The notes beneath the pieces were generated by a model. The model searched no databases. It had not been told where the DNA came from and worked only from the letters and a program-made list of their open reading frames with translations. A stretch of 64,000 bases of DNA from an uncultured beta proteobacterium. GTDB lineage: Bacteria; Pseudomonadota; Gammaproteobacteria; Burkholderiales; Gallionellaceae. The DNA is taken from NCBI GenBank assembly GCA_963840345.1, contig CAWIYO010000006.1, positions 277,194-341,193 on the forward strand, written 5' to 3'. Of this stretch, positions 32,726 to 43,243 are shown one piece after another. The position numbers and the translations under genes are program-made. The first letter of the stretch is position 1, and each line of letters begins with the position of its first letter.

Positions 32726-34088
32726 AGCCGCTTCAATAGCTTCTCGTGTATCCCGCCAAATCCGCCGTTGCTCATCACCAGAATCTGGTCGCCTGATTTT
32801 GCAACGGTGGCGATAGCCTCGATCAATTCGTTCAGGTCGTCCTTCACCACCGCTTTGTCGCCCAGCGGGGCGAGCGCGCCGCGTGCGTCCCAACCGAGGT
32901 TTCCAGCGTAGCAGAAGGTCAGATCGGCGTCCCTCAGGCTGCCGGGCAACGCGTCTTTCATCACGCCCAGCTTCATGGTGTTGGAGCGCGGCTCCAACAC
33001 GGCCAGGATGCGCGCCTTGCCGACCTTGCGGCGCAGCCCGGCGACCGTCGTATCGATCGCGGTGGGGTGGTGCGCGAAGTCGTCGTATACGGTGATGCCG
33101 TTGACCGTGCCGCGCACTTCCATGCGGCGTTTTACGTTCTTGAACTCGGCCAGCGCCGCCAGACCTTGCGCGACGGCACCCCGGCATGGCGCGCAGCGGC
33201 CAGGGCGGCCAGCGCGTTCATGCGGTTGTGTTCGCCCATCAGATCCCATTGCAGCTTGCCTTGCACCTTGCCGTTGAGCGACACCTGATCATTGGCGTCG
33301 ATGTTCCAGCCAAGATTGTTTTGGTTTTCCCCCTTGCCGGGGGAGGAAGTGCCGAACATCTCCACCGGCGTCCAGCAACCGCGCTTGATCACGCGTTGCA
33401 GCGATTCTTCGCGCCCGTTGCTCACCACCAGGCCGTTGCCCGGCACGGTGCGCACCAGATGGTGGAACTGCGTCTCGATGGCCGCCAGGTCGGGAAAGAT
33501 GTCGGCGTGGTCGAATTCGAGATTGTTGAGGATCGCGGTGCGCGGACGGTAGTGCACGAACTTGGAGCGCTTGTCGAAAAAAGCCGTATCGTATTCGTCC
33601 GCTTCGATGACGAAGAACGGCGAGTCGGTGATGCGCGCCGAGATGCCGAAGTTCTGCGGCACGCCGCCGATCAGGAAACCGGGATTCAGTCCCGCATGTT
33701 CCAGTATCCACGCCAGCATGGACGTGGTCGTGGTCTTGCCGTGCGTACCCGCCACACCCAGCACCCACTTGTCGCGCAGCAGCGTATCCGCCAGCCATTG
33801 CGGACCGGAGGCGTAAGGCAGGTTGCGATTCAGGATCTCTTCCATCAGGGGGTTGCCGCGCGACACCACGTTGCCGATGACGAACACATCCGGTTTCAGT
33901 TCCAACTGCTCCACGCCCCAGCCCTCGATGAGTTCGATGCCTTGCGCTTCGAGCTGCGTACTCATCGGCGGATAGACGTTGGCGTCGCAGCCGGTGACGC
34001 GATAACCCGCCTGTTTGGCGATGGCGGCGATGCCGCCCATGAAGGTGCCGCAGATGCCGAGGATGTGGATGTGTTTTGGTTTGCTCAT
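32719..34088 (-). CDS. mpl: Murein peptide ligase Mpl with an apparent one-base deletion near 33175
   Basis: HIHILGICGTFMGG, GTHGKTTT and EADEYD lie in ORF 33132..34088; VKRRME, DDFAHHPTAI, EPRSNTM and MSNGGFGG lie in ORF 32719..33249. Adding one G gives HAGVPVAQGLAAL. Confidence 0.92.
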
Positions 34089-34099
34089 GTCAATAACCC

Positions 34100-34159
34100 C
34101 TGTAGGAGCACGCCCTGCGTGCGATTTTTGTGATTCGCACGCAGGGCGTGCTCCTACAG
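34100..34159. repeat. Inverted pair of GTAG-type REP sequences (REPIN-like)
   Basis: Long perfect inverted repeat ctgtaggagcacgccctgcgtgcga-tttttgtgat-tcgcacgcagggcgtgctcctacag with GTAG ends. Confidence 0.85.
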
Positions 34160-34164
34160 CAAAT

Positions 34165-34518
34165 TTACGTCCTGAAAATAAAATACGCCGCGCCCATCAG
34201 GCACAGCGCCGCCCACAGGTAATCCATCTTCAACGGCTGCCCCATGTACAGCACCGCAAACGGCACGAATACCGACAGCGTGACGATCTCCTGCAGAACC
34301 TTGAGCTGGCCAAGGTCGAGCGCAGTGTAACCGATGCGGTTGGCCGGCACCTGGATCAGGTACTCGAACAGTGCGATGCCCCAACTGATCAGCGCAGCGA
34401 CATACCACGGGGATTGCGCAAAATTCCTGAGGTGGCCGTACCAGGCGAAAGTCATGAACAGGTTGGAGACGATGAGCATCAGCGCCGTGACCAGCAACGG
34501 TTGCGAGATCATGCCCAT
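34165..34518 (-). CDS. DMT-superfamily small membrane protein (DUF486-like)
   Basis: SNLFMTFAWYGHL, SWGIALFEY..QVPANRIG and QLKVLQE motifs. Confidence 0.85.
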   Translation of the reverse strand: MGMISQPLLVTALMLIVSNLFMTFAWYGHLRNFAQSPWYVAALISWGIALFEYLIQVPANRIGYTALDLGQLKVLQEIVTLSVFVPFAVLYMGQPLKMDYLWAALCLMGAAYFIFRT

Positions 34519-34727
34519 ACTTTAATTCCCCTGTTCCAATATCGATGGCGGGCGAATGGTAAAGGGATTGCAGGCCGTTGCCAACTTGCGAGCCTGCCGC
34601 AAGCGCCGTCAGTCTTGTAAAGTAACGAATTTTTCACATTGTCCGATCGCTGTTTGCGCTAGAATCGCGCCGCCTGATTTTCAGGCACCTCGCCGTGCCT
34701 GCCGCCCTCTTGAAAGTATCCGCTGCA

Positions 34728-36092
34728 ATGAAGAATATCCCGTTCCTGTCTCGCACTGCTGCCAGCCTAGCTGCGTTCAGCATCGCATTGATGGGCATGA
34801 GCTTGGAGGCATGGGGTGATGACGATGCGTCGGGGGTTGAGAACACTTCGGTGCATGCCCAAGTCACCTACAACTGGCAGCACCATCCGGCTTTCCGGGC
34901 GGCCTACACGGGGCCGAACAGCATCCTGCCGGTGTCGGAGAATATGTATACGGCCACCGCTGACGCTTATCTTGGCTTTCGCCCCTGGCAGGATGGCGAG
35001 GTCTACCTGACGCCGGAGATTTCGCAGGGGGTACCGTTCTCCACCAACCTCATCGGGCTCGGCGGATTCACCAATGGCGAAATTACCCGTGCGGCGGGAA
35101 CGAACCCCACGCTCTATCGCCAGAAGCTGTTCCTGCGGCAGACCTGGAACAATGGCGGCGGGTCGCAACATGTCGAGCCCGGCCAGAACCAGCTGGCCGG
35201 CTATGTAGACAAGAATCGCTTTGTGCTGACCTTAGGCAATTTTTCCACGCTGGATGTCTTCGATCCGAATAGCTATGCCAAGGACCCGCGCACCCAATTC
35301 ATGAATTGGGGCAACTGGACCTATGCCGCTTACGACTATGCCGCCGATGCACGCGGCTTCGGCTGGGGCTTTGCGGCGGAGTGGTATCGGGATGATTGGG
35401 CGCTGCGCTTCGGGCGCATGTCCGGCCCAACGAAGCCGAATGAATTGCCCGTCGACCTCGCGCTCGGAAGTCACTATGGCGACCAGGTTGAAGTCGAGCA
35501 TGCGCACAGGCTGTATGGCCGACCCGGCAAGGTTCGCGTGCTGTGGTGGCGCAACCGCGCCAAGCTCGCCAGCTTCGCCGATGCATTGGCCTGGCTGCAC
35601 GCGCATCCCGGTCAGTACACCGGGCCGGATGCCCTGATTGCGGTGCGCAATACAGAGAAGATCAAATACGGCGTCGGCATCAACCTGGAGCAAGAGGTCA
35701 ATGACAGCACGGGATTCTTTATGCGCGCGATGAAGGCCGACGGGCGCACGGAGACCTATGCCTTTACCGAGGTCGACGGTTCTTTCTCCAGCGGTTTCTT
35801 GATCAAGGGCAATGACTGGGCACGCACCGAGGATACGGTCGGTCTCTCGTTGATGCGCAACACCCTGTCCGATGAACGTCGCCGTTTTCTTGAGGCGGGC
35901 GGCATATCGTATTTTATTGGCGACGGTAAGTTGAACTACCGCCCGGAAAACATATTTGAGGGCTTTTACAGCCTGACCTTGTGGAAAACCACGTGGCTGA
36001 CAGCCGATTACCAGCGTATCCAGAATCCCGCCTACAACGCGGATCGCGGACCGATCAACGTGTATGCGCTGCGTTTCCACGCCGAGTTTTAG
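34728..36092 (+). CDS. OprB-family outer-membrane porin (similar to the metal-associated/MnoP-like subgroup)
   Basis: Signal peptide; F..AY.GPNS, DVFD.NSYAKDPRTQFMNW and DYAADARG motifs; C-terminal NPAYNADRGP..LRFHAEF ending in Phe. Confidence 0.82.
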   Translation: MKNIPFLSRTAASLAAFSIALMGMSLEAWGDDDASGVENTSVHAQVTYNWQHHPAFRAAYTGPNSILPVSENMYTATADAYLGFRPWQDGEVYLTPEISQGVPFSTNLIGLGGFTNGEITRAAGTNPTLYRQKLFLRQTWNNGGGSQHVEPGQNQLAGYVDKNRFVLTLGNFSTLDVFDPNSYAKDPRTQFMNWGNWTYAAYDYAADARGFGWGFAAEWYRDDWALRFGRMSGPTKPNELPVDLALGSHYGDQVEVEHAHRLYGRPGKVRVLWWRNRAKLASFADALAWLHAHPGQYTGPDALIAVRNTEKIKYGVGINLEQEVNDSTGFFMRAMKADGRTETYAFTEVDGSFSSGFLIKGNDWARTEDTVGLSLMRNTLSDERRRFLEAGGISYFIGDGKLNYRPENIFEGFYSLTLWKTTWLTADYQRIQNPAYNADRGPINVYALRFHAEF

Positions 36093-36287
36093 GCCGCTCC
36101 CCTTCCTAACATTTCCTTGATATTCCTGCCGAGGGAGTGCCATATAATGCTCGGCCTCCGCGGATTGAACTTGTCTGGAAATGCGCGTACTAATCCGCGG
36201 CTTGCCTCGCGCCCCCGCAAGTAAAGTAAAACCAATAAAGCAGCATAACCAGGTGACGTTTTGGCAACTCTCGTTAATAAGCAAAGC

Positions 36288-37820
36288 ATGCTGAAGATCG
36301 CTTCCGCCACGGCAGCGTGCGCGTTGTTGCTGTCCGCCTGCGCGGCCGGGCCGGATTTCAAGCGCCCGGCCGCACCGGCCACGAGCGGCTACAGCCCGCA
36401 GAGCGCCCCGGCCGAGACCACGTCGATTGAGGTTGCCGGCGGCGAAGCGCAACGCTTCGATTCGAAAACAGACGTGCCTTTCGACTGGTGGACGCTGTTC
36501 CAGTCGCCGCAATTGAACTCGCTCATCGAACGCGCCTTCAAGGCCAACCCCAGCATCGAATCTGCGCAAGCCGCTTTGCGCCAGGCGCAGCAATACACAG
36601 CCGCGCAGCAAGGCTACTTCTACCCCACCGTGAGCGCCAGCTACACGCCTTCGCGCAACAAGCTCGCCGGCAACATGGGCGGCAACTCTCCCGGCGTGCA
36701 AGGCAACGGCACGGTCATCCAGACCTACTCGAATCCGGCCGGCCCCAAATACAACGGCCCGGCCTATTACAACTTCCACACCGCGCAATTCTCCATCGGC
36801 TATGTGCCGGACGTGTTCGGCTTCAATCGCCGGCAGGTCGAATCGCTGCGCGCACAAGAAGAGATGCAGCGCTTCCAACTCGAAGCGACCTACATCACGC
36901 TGGCTTCCAATGTCGTCGCGGCGGCCTTGCAGGAGGCCGCGTTGCGCGCCCAGATAACGGCGCAGAACAAGATCGTCGAAATCAATCGCGCCAACCTCAG
37001 CATCCTCGAGAAGCAACTCAAGCTCGGCGCCGCATCGCGTATGGATGTGCTTTCACAGGAAGCCGCGCTGGCGCAAGCCGAACAATTGCTCATTCCCCTG
37101 CAGAACCAGCTGGAACAGACGCGCAACCTGATCCGCGCACTCTCCGGTAACCTGCCGAACGAGGATGTAGCGGAGACTTTTGAATTGTCGGCGCTGCATC
37201 TGCCCCAGGAACTGCCGTTGACGCTGCCCTCGCAGCTCGTGGAACAGCGCCCGGACGTGCGTGCCGCCGAGGCGCAATTCCATGCAGCCAATGCGCAGGT
37301 GGGCGTCGCGGTTGCCGCGCGCTTGCCGCAGTTCCAGCTCAGCGCCGCCATCGGCGGCATGGCCAGCACCCCGGACTGGATGTTCAAGTCCGGCGGCGGG
37401 TTCTTCACCGTGCTCGGTAACCTGTCGCAGACATTGTTCGACGGCGGAACGTTAAGGGCGCAGGAACGCGCCGCACGCGAGGCGCTGGTGCAGGCCGGTG
37501 CCGACTACCGCAGCACGGTCATCGTCGCGTTCCAGAACGTCGCCGATACGCTGCACACCATCCAGTCGGACGCGGAAGCCCTCAAGGCGGCAGCAAAGAC
37601 CGAGGAAGCCATGAAGCGCGTTGCAGACATCGCGCGCAAACAATATCAGGCCGGTTATACGAGTTACCAGACCGTGCTGATGACGGAACAGAATCATCAA
37701 CAAGCCAACATCAACCTGATCCAGGCGCAGACCAACCGTCTGGGCGATACCGCCGCGCTGTACCAGGCGCTGGGCGGCGGCTGGTGGAACCGCAACGAAG
37801 GTAAGATCGCGAACCAATGA
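36288..37820 (+). CDS. NodT/TolC-family outer-membrane efflux lipoprotein
   Basis: Lipobox LSAC.AGPDFKRP; WWTLF, LPSQLVEQRPDVRAAE and LYQALGGGWW motifs. Confidence 0.92.
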   Translation: MLKIASATAACALLLSACAAGPDFKRPAAPATSGYSPQSAPAETTSIEVAGGEAQRFDSKTDVPFDWWTLFQSPQLNSLIERAFKANPSIESAQAALRQAQQYTAAQQGYFYPTVSASYTPSRNKLAGNMGGNSPGVQGNGTVIQTYSNPAGPKYNGPAYYNFHTAQFSIGYVPDVFGFNRRQVESLRAQEEMQRFQLEATYITLASNVVAAALQEAALRAQITAQNKIVEINRANLSILEKQLKLGAASRMDVLSQEAALAQAEQLLIPLQNQLEQTRNLIRALSGNLPNEDVAETFELSALHLPQELPLTLPSQLVEQRPDVRAAEAQFHAANAQVGVAVAARLPQFQLSAAIGGMASTPDWMFKSGGGFFTVLGNLSQTLFDGGTLRAQERAAREALVQAGADYRSTVIVAFQNVADTLHTIQSDAEALKAAAKTEEAMKRVADIARKQYQAGYTSYQTVLMTEQNHQQANINLIQAQTNRLGDTAALYQALGGGWWNRNEGKIANQ

Positions 37821-38980
37821 ATAACTACGCCAAGCCTGTCATCGCCGCCCTTGTATTCGCTCTGGCCGGAGCGGGGTATTGGGGCTGGCTGCAATTCAGT
37901 GCCCATGAAGCCGGAGCGCCTGCCCCTGAAGACAAGCCCGCAGCAGCCCGCGTCGCAGCGGACACGGTGAAGTTCGATGCCAATGCGCCGCAACTGACCT
38001 TCCTGCAAATCAAGGAGATCGACGCCTTTCCCGAACCGCTGGTGGAATCGCTCAATGCCCGCGTCGCCTACAACGACAACCATACGGCCCGCGTGTTTTC
38101 GCCCATCGCCGGGCGCGTGATGAAGATCGTTGCCGAGACCGGACAACAGGTCAAGGCCGGTGCCGAATTGCTGCGCATCGACTCGCCCGATTTTGCGCTG
38201 GCCGCTGCCGATAGCGCAAAGGCCGAAGCCGACCTGGTGCGCAAGCAGCAAACGCTCACCCGCGCCAAAGGATTGCTGGAAGTCGAGGGCATCGCCCTCA
38301 AGGATGTCGAGTCAGCTGCGGCTGACCTGGCCCAGGCCGAGGCCGAGTCACAACGCGCCAAGGCCCGCATGCGCAACCTGCATGCCGGCAGCGTCAGCCC
38401 GGAAGGCGAATTCATCCTGCGCGCGCCGGTCGGGGGGGTCATCAGCGAACGCCGCGTCAATGCGGGCAGTGAAGTGCGGCCCGATGCGAGCGATCCCTTG
38501 TTCGTCATCACCGACCCGCAACACCTGTGGGTGCTGGTCGACCTGCCGGAGCGCCAGCTCGACAAGGTCAAGGTCGGCCAGCAGGTCTCGGTTGAAGTGG
38601 ACGCGTTCCCGGATGAGTTCTTCCCCGGCAAGATCACCGTGATCAGCGAGACGCTCGATCCGGTCACGCGCCGGGTGCAAGTGCGATGCGACGTGGACAA
38701 CCACTCGCGCAGCCTGAAGCCAGAGATGTTCGCGCGCGTCAGCCCGGTTGCCGACACCCATACCATCGTGCCGCGCGTGCCCAATACCGCGCTGTTCACG
38801 CAGGGGCTCTACACCTTTGTGTTCGTAGAGAAGTCGCCCGGTGTGCTGCAACGCCGCAAGGTGTCCCTCGCCTTGCAGGGACGCGACTACACTTATATCC
38901 GCGATGGGTTGCAGGCCGGTGAACGCGTCGTCACCAGCGGCGCCCTGCTGTTGAACTCTGAACTCGCCGGCAACGATTGA
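37817..38980 (+). CDS. RND periplasmic adaptor (CzcB/CusB-like)
   Basis: N-terminal TM segment; SPIAGRV, LRAPVGGVI, LDPVTR, LKPEMF and GL..GERVV motifs. Confidence 0.92.
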   Translation: MNNYAKPVIAALVFALAGAGYWGWLQFSAHEAGAPAPEDKPAAARVAADTVKFDANAPQLTFLQIKEIDAFPEPLVESLNARVAYNDNHTARVFSPIAGRVMKIVAETGQQVKAGAELLRIDSPDFALAAADSAKAEADLVRKQQTLTRAKGLLEVEGIALKDVESAAADLAQAEAESQRAKARMRNLHAGSVSPEGEFILRAPVGGVISERRVNAGSEVRPDASDPLFVITDPQHLWVLVDLPERQLDKVKVGQQVSVEVDAFPDEFFPGKITVISETLDPVTRRVQVRCDVDNHSRSLKPEMFARVSPVADTHTIVPRVPNTALFTQGLYTFVFVEKSPGVLQRRKVSLALQGRDYTYIRDGLQAGERVVTSGALLLNSELAGND

Positions 38981-41900
38981 TGCTTGAAAAGCTGATCACC
39001 TTCGCGCTGCAGCAACGCGTTTTCGTTCTGGGCGGGGCGCTGGTGCTGATCATCGCCGGATGGCGCGCCACGACGGAACTGCCGATCGAAGCCTTCCCGG
39101 ATGTGCAGGACGTGCAAGTGCAGATCGTCACCCAGTCGCCGGGCCAGGCGCCGGAAGAGGTCGAACGCAGCATCACGCTGCCTATCGAGCGCGAGATGAG
39201 CGGCGTGCCGCGCATGACTCAACTGCGCTCTGTGTCGATCACCGGCCTGTCGGTCGTCACGCTGACATTCTCCGATCGCACCGACGATTATTTCGCGCGC
39301 CAGCAGGTGATGGAAAAGCTGCAGAACGTCGCGCTGCCTCCCGGCGCGCAGCCCGGCCTGGCACCGCTCACCAACGCCGTCGGCGAAGTCTATCGCTATG
39401 TGCTGGATGCACCTGCCTCCATGTCCTCCAACGAAGTGCGGGCGGTGCAGGACTGGATCTTGCGCCCGGCGTTGCGCCAGGTGCCCGGCGTGGCCGATGT
39501 AGTGAGCTTCGGCGGCACGGTCAAGGAATACCAGGTGCGCATCAACCCCTTCCTGCTGCGCAAATACGGCGTGACCATCGACCAGGTGGCGCAGGCGCTT
39601 TCTGCCAACAGCGGCAACGGCGGCGGCGGAATACTGAAGCGCGGCGACGAAGCGCTGGTAGTGCGCAGCATCGGCCTGTTCCAGCACCTCGAAGACATCG
39701 GCCGTGTGGTGGTCACCGCCACCAACGGCAAGACCGTGCTGGTAAAGGATGTCGCTGAAGTCGTTATCGGCAATCGCCCGCTATCCGGCATGGTGGCTTT
39801 CAACGAACAGGACAACGTGGTGCAGGGCATCGTGCAGATGACCAAAGGCCAGAATGCCACCAAGGTGGTCGAGGCGCTGAAAGAACGCATCGAGCTTATC
39901 TCGCACAAGCTGCCTGCAGGCGTGAAGATCGTGCCGTATTACGACCGCACCGATCTGGTCAGGCACACCGTGCATACCGTTTCCGAAAACCTGGTCGTCG
40001 GCGCCGTGCTGGTGGTCGCGATCCTGATGCTGTTCCTGCGCAACATCTATGCGGCCATGGCGGTCGCGGTCATCATCCCGCTGTCGTTGTTGTTCGCCTT
40101 CATCCTGATCGAGAATCGTGGAGTCTCGGCCAACCTCATCTCGCTCGGCGCGGTGGACTTCGGGATCATCATCGACAGCGCGGTGGTTCTGGTCGAAGCC
40201 CTGATGGTGCGCCTCGCGCTGGCCAAGGAAGAGCCCTTGCCGCAGTACCACACCTACGGCTGGCGCATCCACCTGATCAAGCAGACCAGCATCGACATGG
40301 GCCACCCGATCCTGTTCTCGAAAGCGATCATCATTCTGGCCTTCATGCCGATCTTCACCTTCCAGCGCGTCGAAGGAAAGATATTCTCCCCCGTTGCCTT
40401 CACGCTGAGTTTCGCGTTGCTCGGTGCCATCATCCTCACGCTGACTTTGTTGCCGGCCTTGTTGAGCTACGCTGTCGGCAAGAAGGACCTTTCCGAAAAA
40501 CACAGCGATTGGATGCATCGCCTGCAGGAACGTTATCGCGCCCTGCTGCTGTGGGCAGAGCAACGCCGCAAGCGCATCGTCATGGCCTCCGTCGGGGTGC
40601 TGGCCGTTGCCCTGGCCGGCGCCCCCCTGCTCGGCAGCGAGTTCCTGCCCAAGCTGGACGAAGGCAACATCTGGCTCACCATCAGCTTGCCGCCCGCGAC
40701 GGCGCTGGACAAGACCAAGGATATCGAACGGCGGGTGCGCGAGATCCTGAACAGCTATCCCGAGGTCAACAACGTCACCACGCAAGTGGGCCGCCCCGAC
40801 GACGGCACCGACCCGAAGGGCCCGAACAACCTCGAGATCATGGCCGACCTGAAACCGAAGAGCGAATGGAAATTCGCCGACAAGGAAGCGTTGATCGCCG
40901 ACATGACCGGGAAGATCAGGGCCATCCCCGGCGTGCCGACCAACTTCTCGCAGGTGATCCAGGACAACGTGGAGGAAGCGCTCTCCGGCGTGAAGGGCGA
41001 GATCGCCGTGAAGATCTTCGGTCCCGATCTGGAGATCCTCGAGGACAAATCCACGCAGGTCGCCGGCATCATCGGCGGCATTCGCGGAGCGGCCGACGTC
41101 GCCGCGATCAAGGTGGGCGGGCAGACCGAACTCAACGTGACGCTGGACCGCGGACGCATGGCGCGTTACGGCATCAACATCAGCGATGTGAACACCACCA
41201 TCCAGACTGCCTACGCCGGCAGCGCCGCCACTGTGTTCTATGAAGGCGACCGCCGCTTCGACGTGACCTTGCGCCTGGACAAACCTTATCGCGATGCGGT
41301 GGACGACATCGGCGACCTGCCCATAGAGATCCCCGCGGGCGGCATGATCCCGCTCGGCTCCATTGCCGACATCGAGGTGCGTCAAGGCGCGGCGCGCGTC
41401 GGCCGCGAGGCCGGCGGCCGTGTGGTGGCGGTGAAAGCCAACCTGCTCGGCCGCGACCAGGGCAGTTTCGTCGCCGAAGCGATGGAGAAGGTCAATACAG
41501 AAGTGAAGCTGCCGCCCGGCTACTACATGACCTGGGGCGGCCAGTTCGAGAACCAGCAGCGCGCGATCAAGCGTCTGAAGGTGATCGTGCCGCTATCGGT
41601 GCTGATGATCTTCGTGCTGCTGTTCTGGGCGTTCAAGTCGATGCGCAAGGCGCTGCTGGTGATCCTGATGGTGCCATTCACCCTGATCGGCGGCCTGGCC
41701 GGACTCGGCCTGGCAGGCTTGCACCTCTCCGTCTCCGCCGCGGTCGGCTTCATCGCCGTGGCCGGCATCTCGGTACAGAACGGCGTGATCATGGTCGAGC
41801 AATTCATCGAAGGCATGCGCAACGGCCACACTCTGGTACAGAGCGTAATGGAAGGTGCGGTATCGCGCTTGCGCCCGATCCTGATGACGGCACTGATGGC

Positions 41901-42090
41901 GGGGATAGGTTTGCTGCCTGCCGCGCTGTCGCACGGCATCGGCTCGGAAACGCAGCGCCCGTTCGCCGTGGTGATCGTCGGCGGGATCGTTTCCGCCACC
42001 TTGTTCACGTTGCTGTTGTTACCGCTGCTGTTCCCGGTGTTCGCGGAAGAGGCGCGCATCAAGGGTGATCTGCCGCTGACGAGCGAGTGA
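38980..42090 (+). CDS. CusA/CzcA-family heavy-metal efflux RND transporter
   Basis: LPIEAFPD, SLGAVDFGIIID, EFLPKLDEG, GGQFENQQRA, RLRPILMTA and GSETQRP motifs. Confidence 0.93.
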   Translation: MLEKLITFALQQRVFVLGGALVLIIAGWRATTELPIEAFPDVQDVQVQIVTQSPGQAPEEVERSITLPIEREMSGVPRMTQLRSVSITGLSVVTLTFSDRTDDYFARQQVMEKLQNVALPPGAQPGLAPLTNAVGEVYRYVLDAPASMSSNEVRAVQDWILRPALRQVPGVADVVSFGGTVKEYQVRINPFLLRKYGVTIDQVAQALSANSGNGGGGILKRGDEALVVRSIGLFQHLEDIGRVVVTATNGKTVLVKDVAEVVIGNRPLSGMVAFNEQDNVVQGIVQMTKGQNATKVVEALKERIELISHKLPAGVKIVPYYDRTDLVRHTVHTVSENLVVGAVLVVAILMLFLRNIYAAMAVAVIIPLSLLFAFILIENRGVSANLISLGAVDFGIIIDSAVVLVEALMVRLALAKEEPLPQYHTYGWRIHLIKQTSIDMGHPILFSKAIIILAFMPIFTFQRVEGKIFSPVAFTLSFALLGAIILTLTLLPALLSYAVGKKDLSEKHSDWMHRLQERYRALLLWAEQRRKRIVMASVGVLAVALAGAPLLGSEFLPKLDEGNIWLTISLPPATALDKTKDIERRVREILNSYPEVNNVTTQVGRPDDGTDPKGPNNLEIMADLKPKSEWKFADKEALIADMTGKIRAIPGVPTNFSQVIQDNVEEALSGVKGEIAVKIFGPDLEILEDKSTQVAGIIGGIRGAADVAAIKVGGQTELNVTLDRGRMARYGINISDVNTTIQTAYAGSAATVFYEGDRRFDVTLRLDKPYRDAVDDIGDLPIEIPAGGMIPLGSIADIEVRQGAARVGREAGGRVVAVKANLLGRDQGSFVAEAMEKVNTEVKLPPGYYMTWGGQFENQQRAIKRLKVIVPLSVLMIFVLLFWAFKSMRKALLVILMVPFTLIGGLAGLGLAGLHLSVSAAVGFIAVAGISVQNGVIMVEQFIEGMRNGHTLVQSVMEGAVSRLRPILMTALMAGIGLLPAALSHGIGSETQRPFAVVIVGGIVSATLFTLLLLPLLFPVFAEEARIKGDLPLTSE

Positions 42091-42115
42091 AGCTGCCTAA
42101 GAAACTCTGATTAAC

Positions 42116-42253
42116 GCCGTTCGTGGGGAGCTTGTCGAACCATGAACGGCTCAAGCAACTGCCGCCCTTCTACAAGCTGATTAAACTACTAGCCATTCGA
42201 CTTAGCTGGCAAACAACGTACCAGCCAAGTCGCCGGCTTTCAGGGCGAACAGC
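42116..42253. repeat. Palindromic intergenic repeat interrupted by a second hairpin element (nested repeats)
   Basis: Outer arms gccgttcgtggggagcttgtcgaa and ttctacaagct|cagggcgaacagc. The right arm is split by an insert at about 42179-42240 with its own stem cgacttagctgg..ccagccaagtcg. Confidence 0.62.
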
Positions 42254-42940
42254 TTAGTTCACGCCCAGCAGCTCGACATCAAATACCAGCGTCGCATTCG
42301 GCGGAATCACGCCGCCCGCACCGCGCTTGCCGTAGCCCATCTCGGGCGGGATGACCAGCCTGCGCTGTCCGCCCACCTTCATGCCCTGCACGCCCGTGTC
42401 CCAACCACTGATCACATGGCCTTGGCCCAGCGGGAAATCGAACGGCTCGTCGCGGTCGCGCGAACTGTCGAACTTGGTGCCCTTGTTCTCCGGTGCGTTC
42501 TTGTCGAAAAGCCAGCCGGTGTAATGCACAGTGACGTGCTGTCCTTCGTGAGCCTCTTTGCCCTCGCCAATCTTGGTATCGACCATATCGGTCTTGATGA
42601 CCTTGAGCAGCTTCACGTCGAATACCAGCGTCGCATTCGGCGGGATCACGCCGCCCGCACCACGTGGTCCATAACCCATCTCCGGCGGGATCACCAGCGT
42701 GCGCTGCCCGCCTTCCTTCATCCCTTGCACGCCCTCGTCCCAACCCTTGATGACGCGCCCGCCGCCGAGCGGGAAGTCGAACGGCTCGTTGCGGTCGAGC
42801 GAGCTGTCAAACTTCTTGCCCTTGTTCTCCGCTGCATTCGCGTCGTACAGCCAGCCGGTGTAATGCACGATCACGGTTTGTCCGGCTTGCGCTTCGGCGC
42901 CTTCGCCCAGTTTGGTGTCGGTTTTGATGAGGGTGGTCAT
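42254..42940 (-). CDS. FKBP-type peptidyl-prolyl isomerase with two tandem FKBP domains
   Basis: Two copies of VHYTGWL..KFDSS.DR..PF.F.LG...[40 protein letters not shown]. Confidence 0.95.
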   Translation of the reverse strand: MTTLIKTDTKLGEGAEAQAGQTVIVHYTGWLYDANAAENKGKKFDSSLDRNEPFDFPLGGGRVIKGWDEGVQGMKEGGQRTLVIPPEMGYGPRGAGGVIPPNATLVFDVKLLKVIKTDMVDTKIGEGKEAHEGQHVTVHYTGWLFDKNAPENKGTKFDSSRDRDEPFDFPLGQGHVISGWDTGVQGMKVGGQRRLVIPPEMGYGKRGAGGVIPPNATLVFDVELLGVN

Positions 42941-42958
42941 GTTCTAATTCCTTGGTAA

Positions 42959-43243
<285 letters not shown>

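Noticed and set aside
34519-34727. Possible riboswitch (guanidine or Mn type) between the DMT and porin genes
   Set aside because: I could not match the conserved cores by eye. A cmscan search would be needed.
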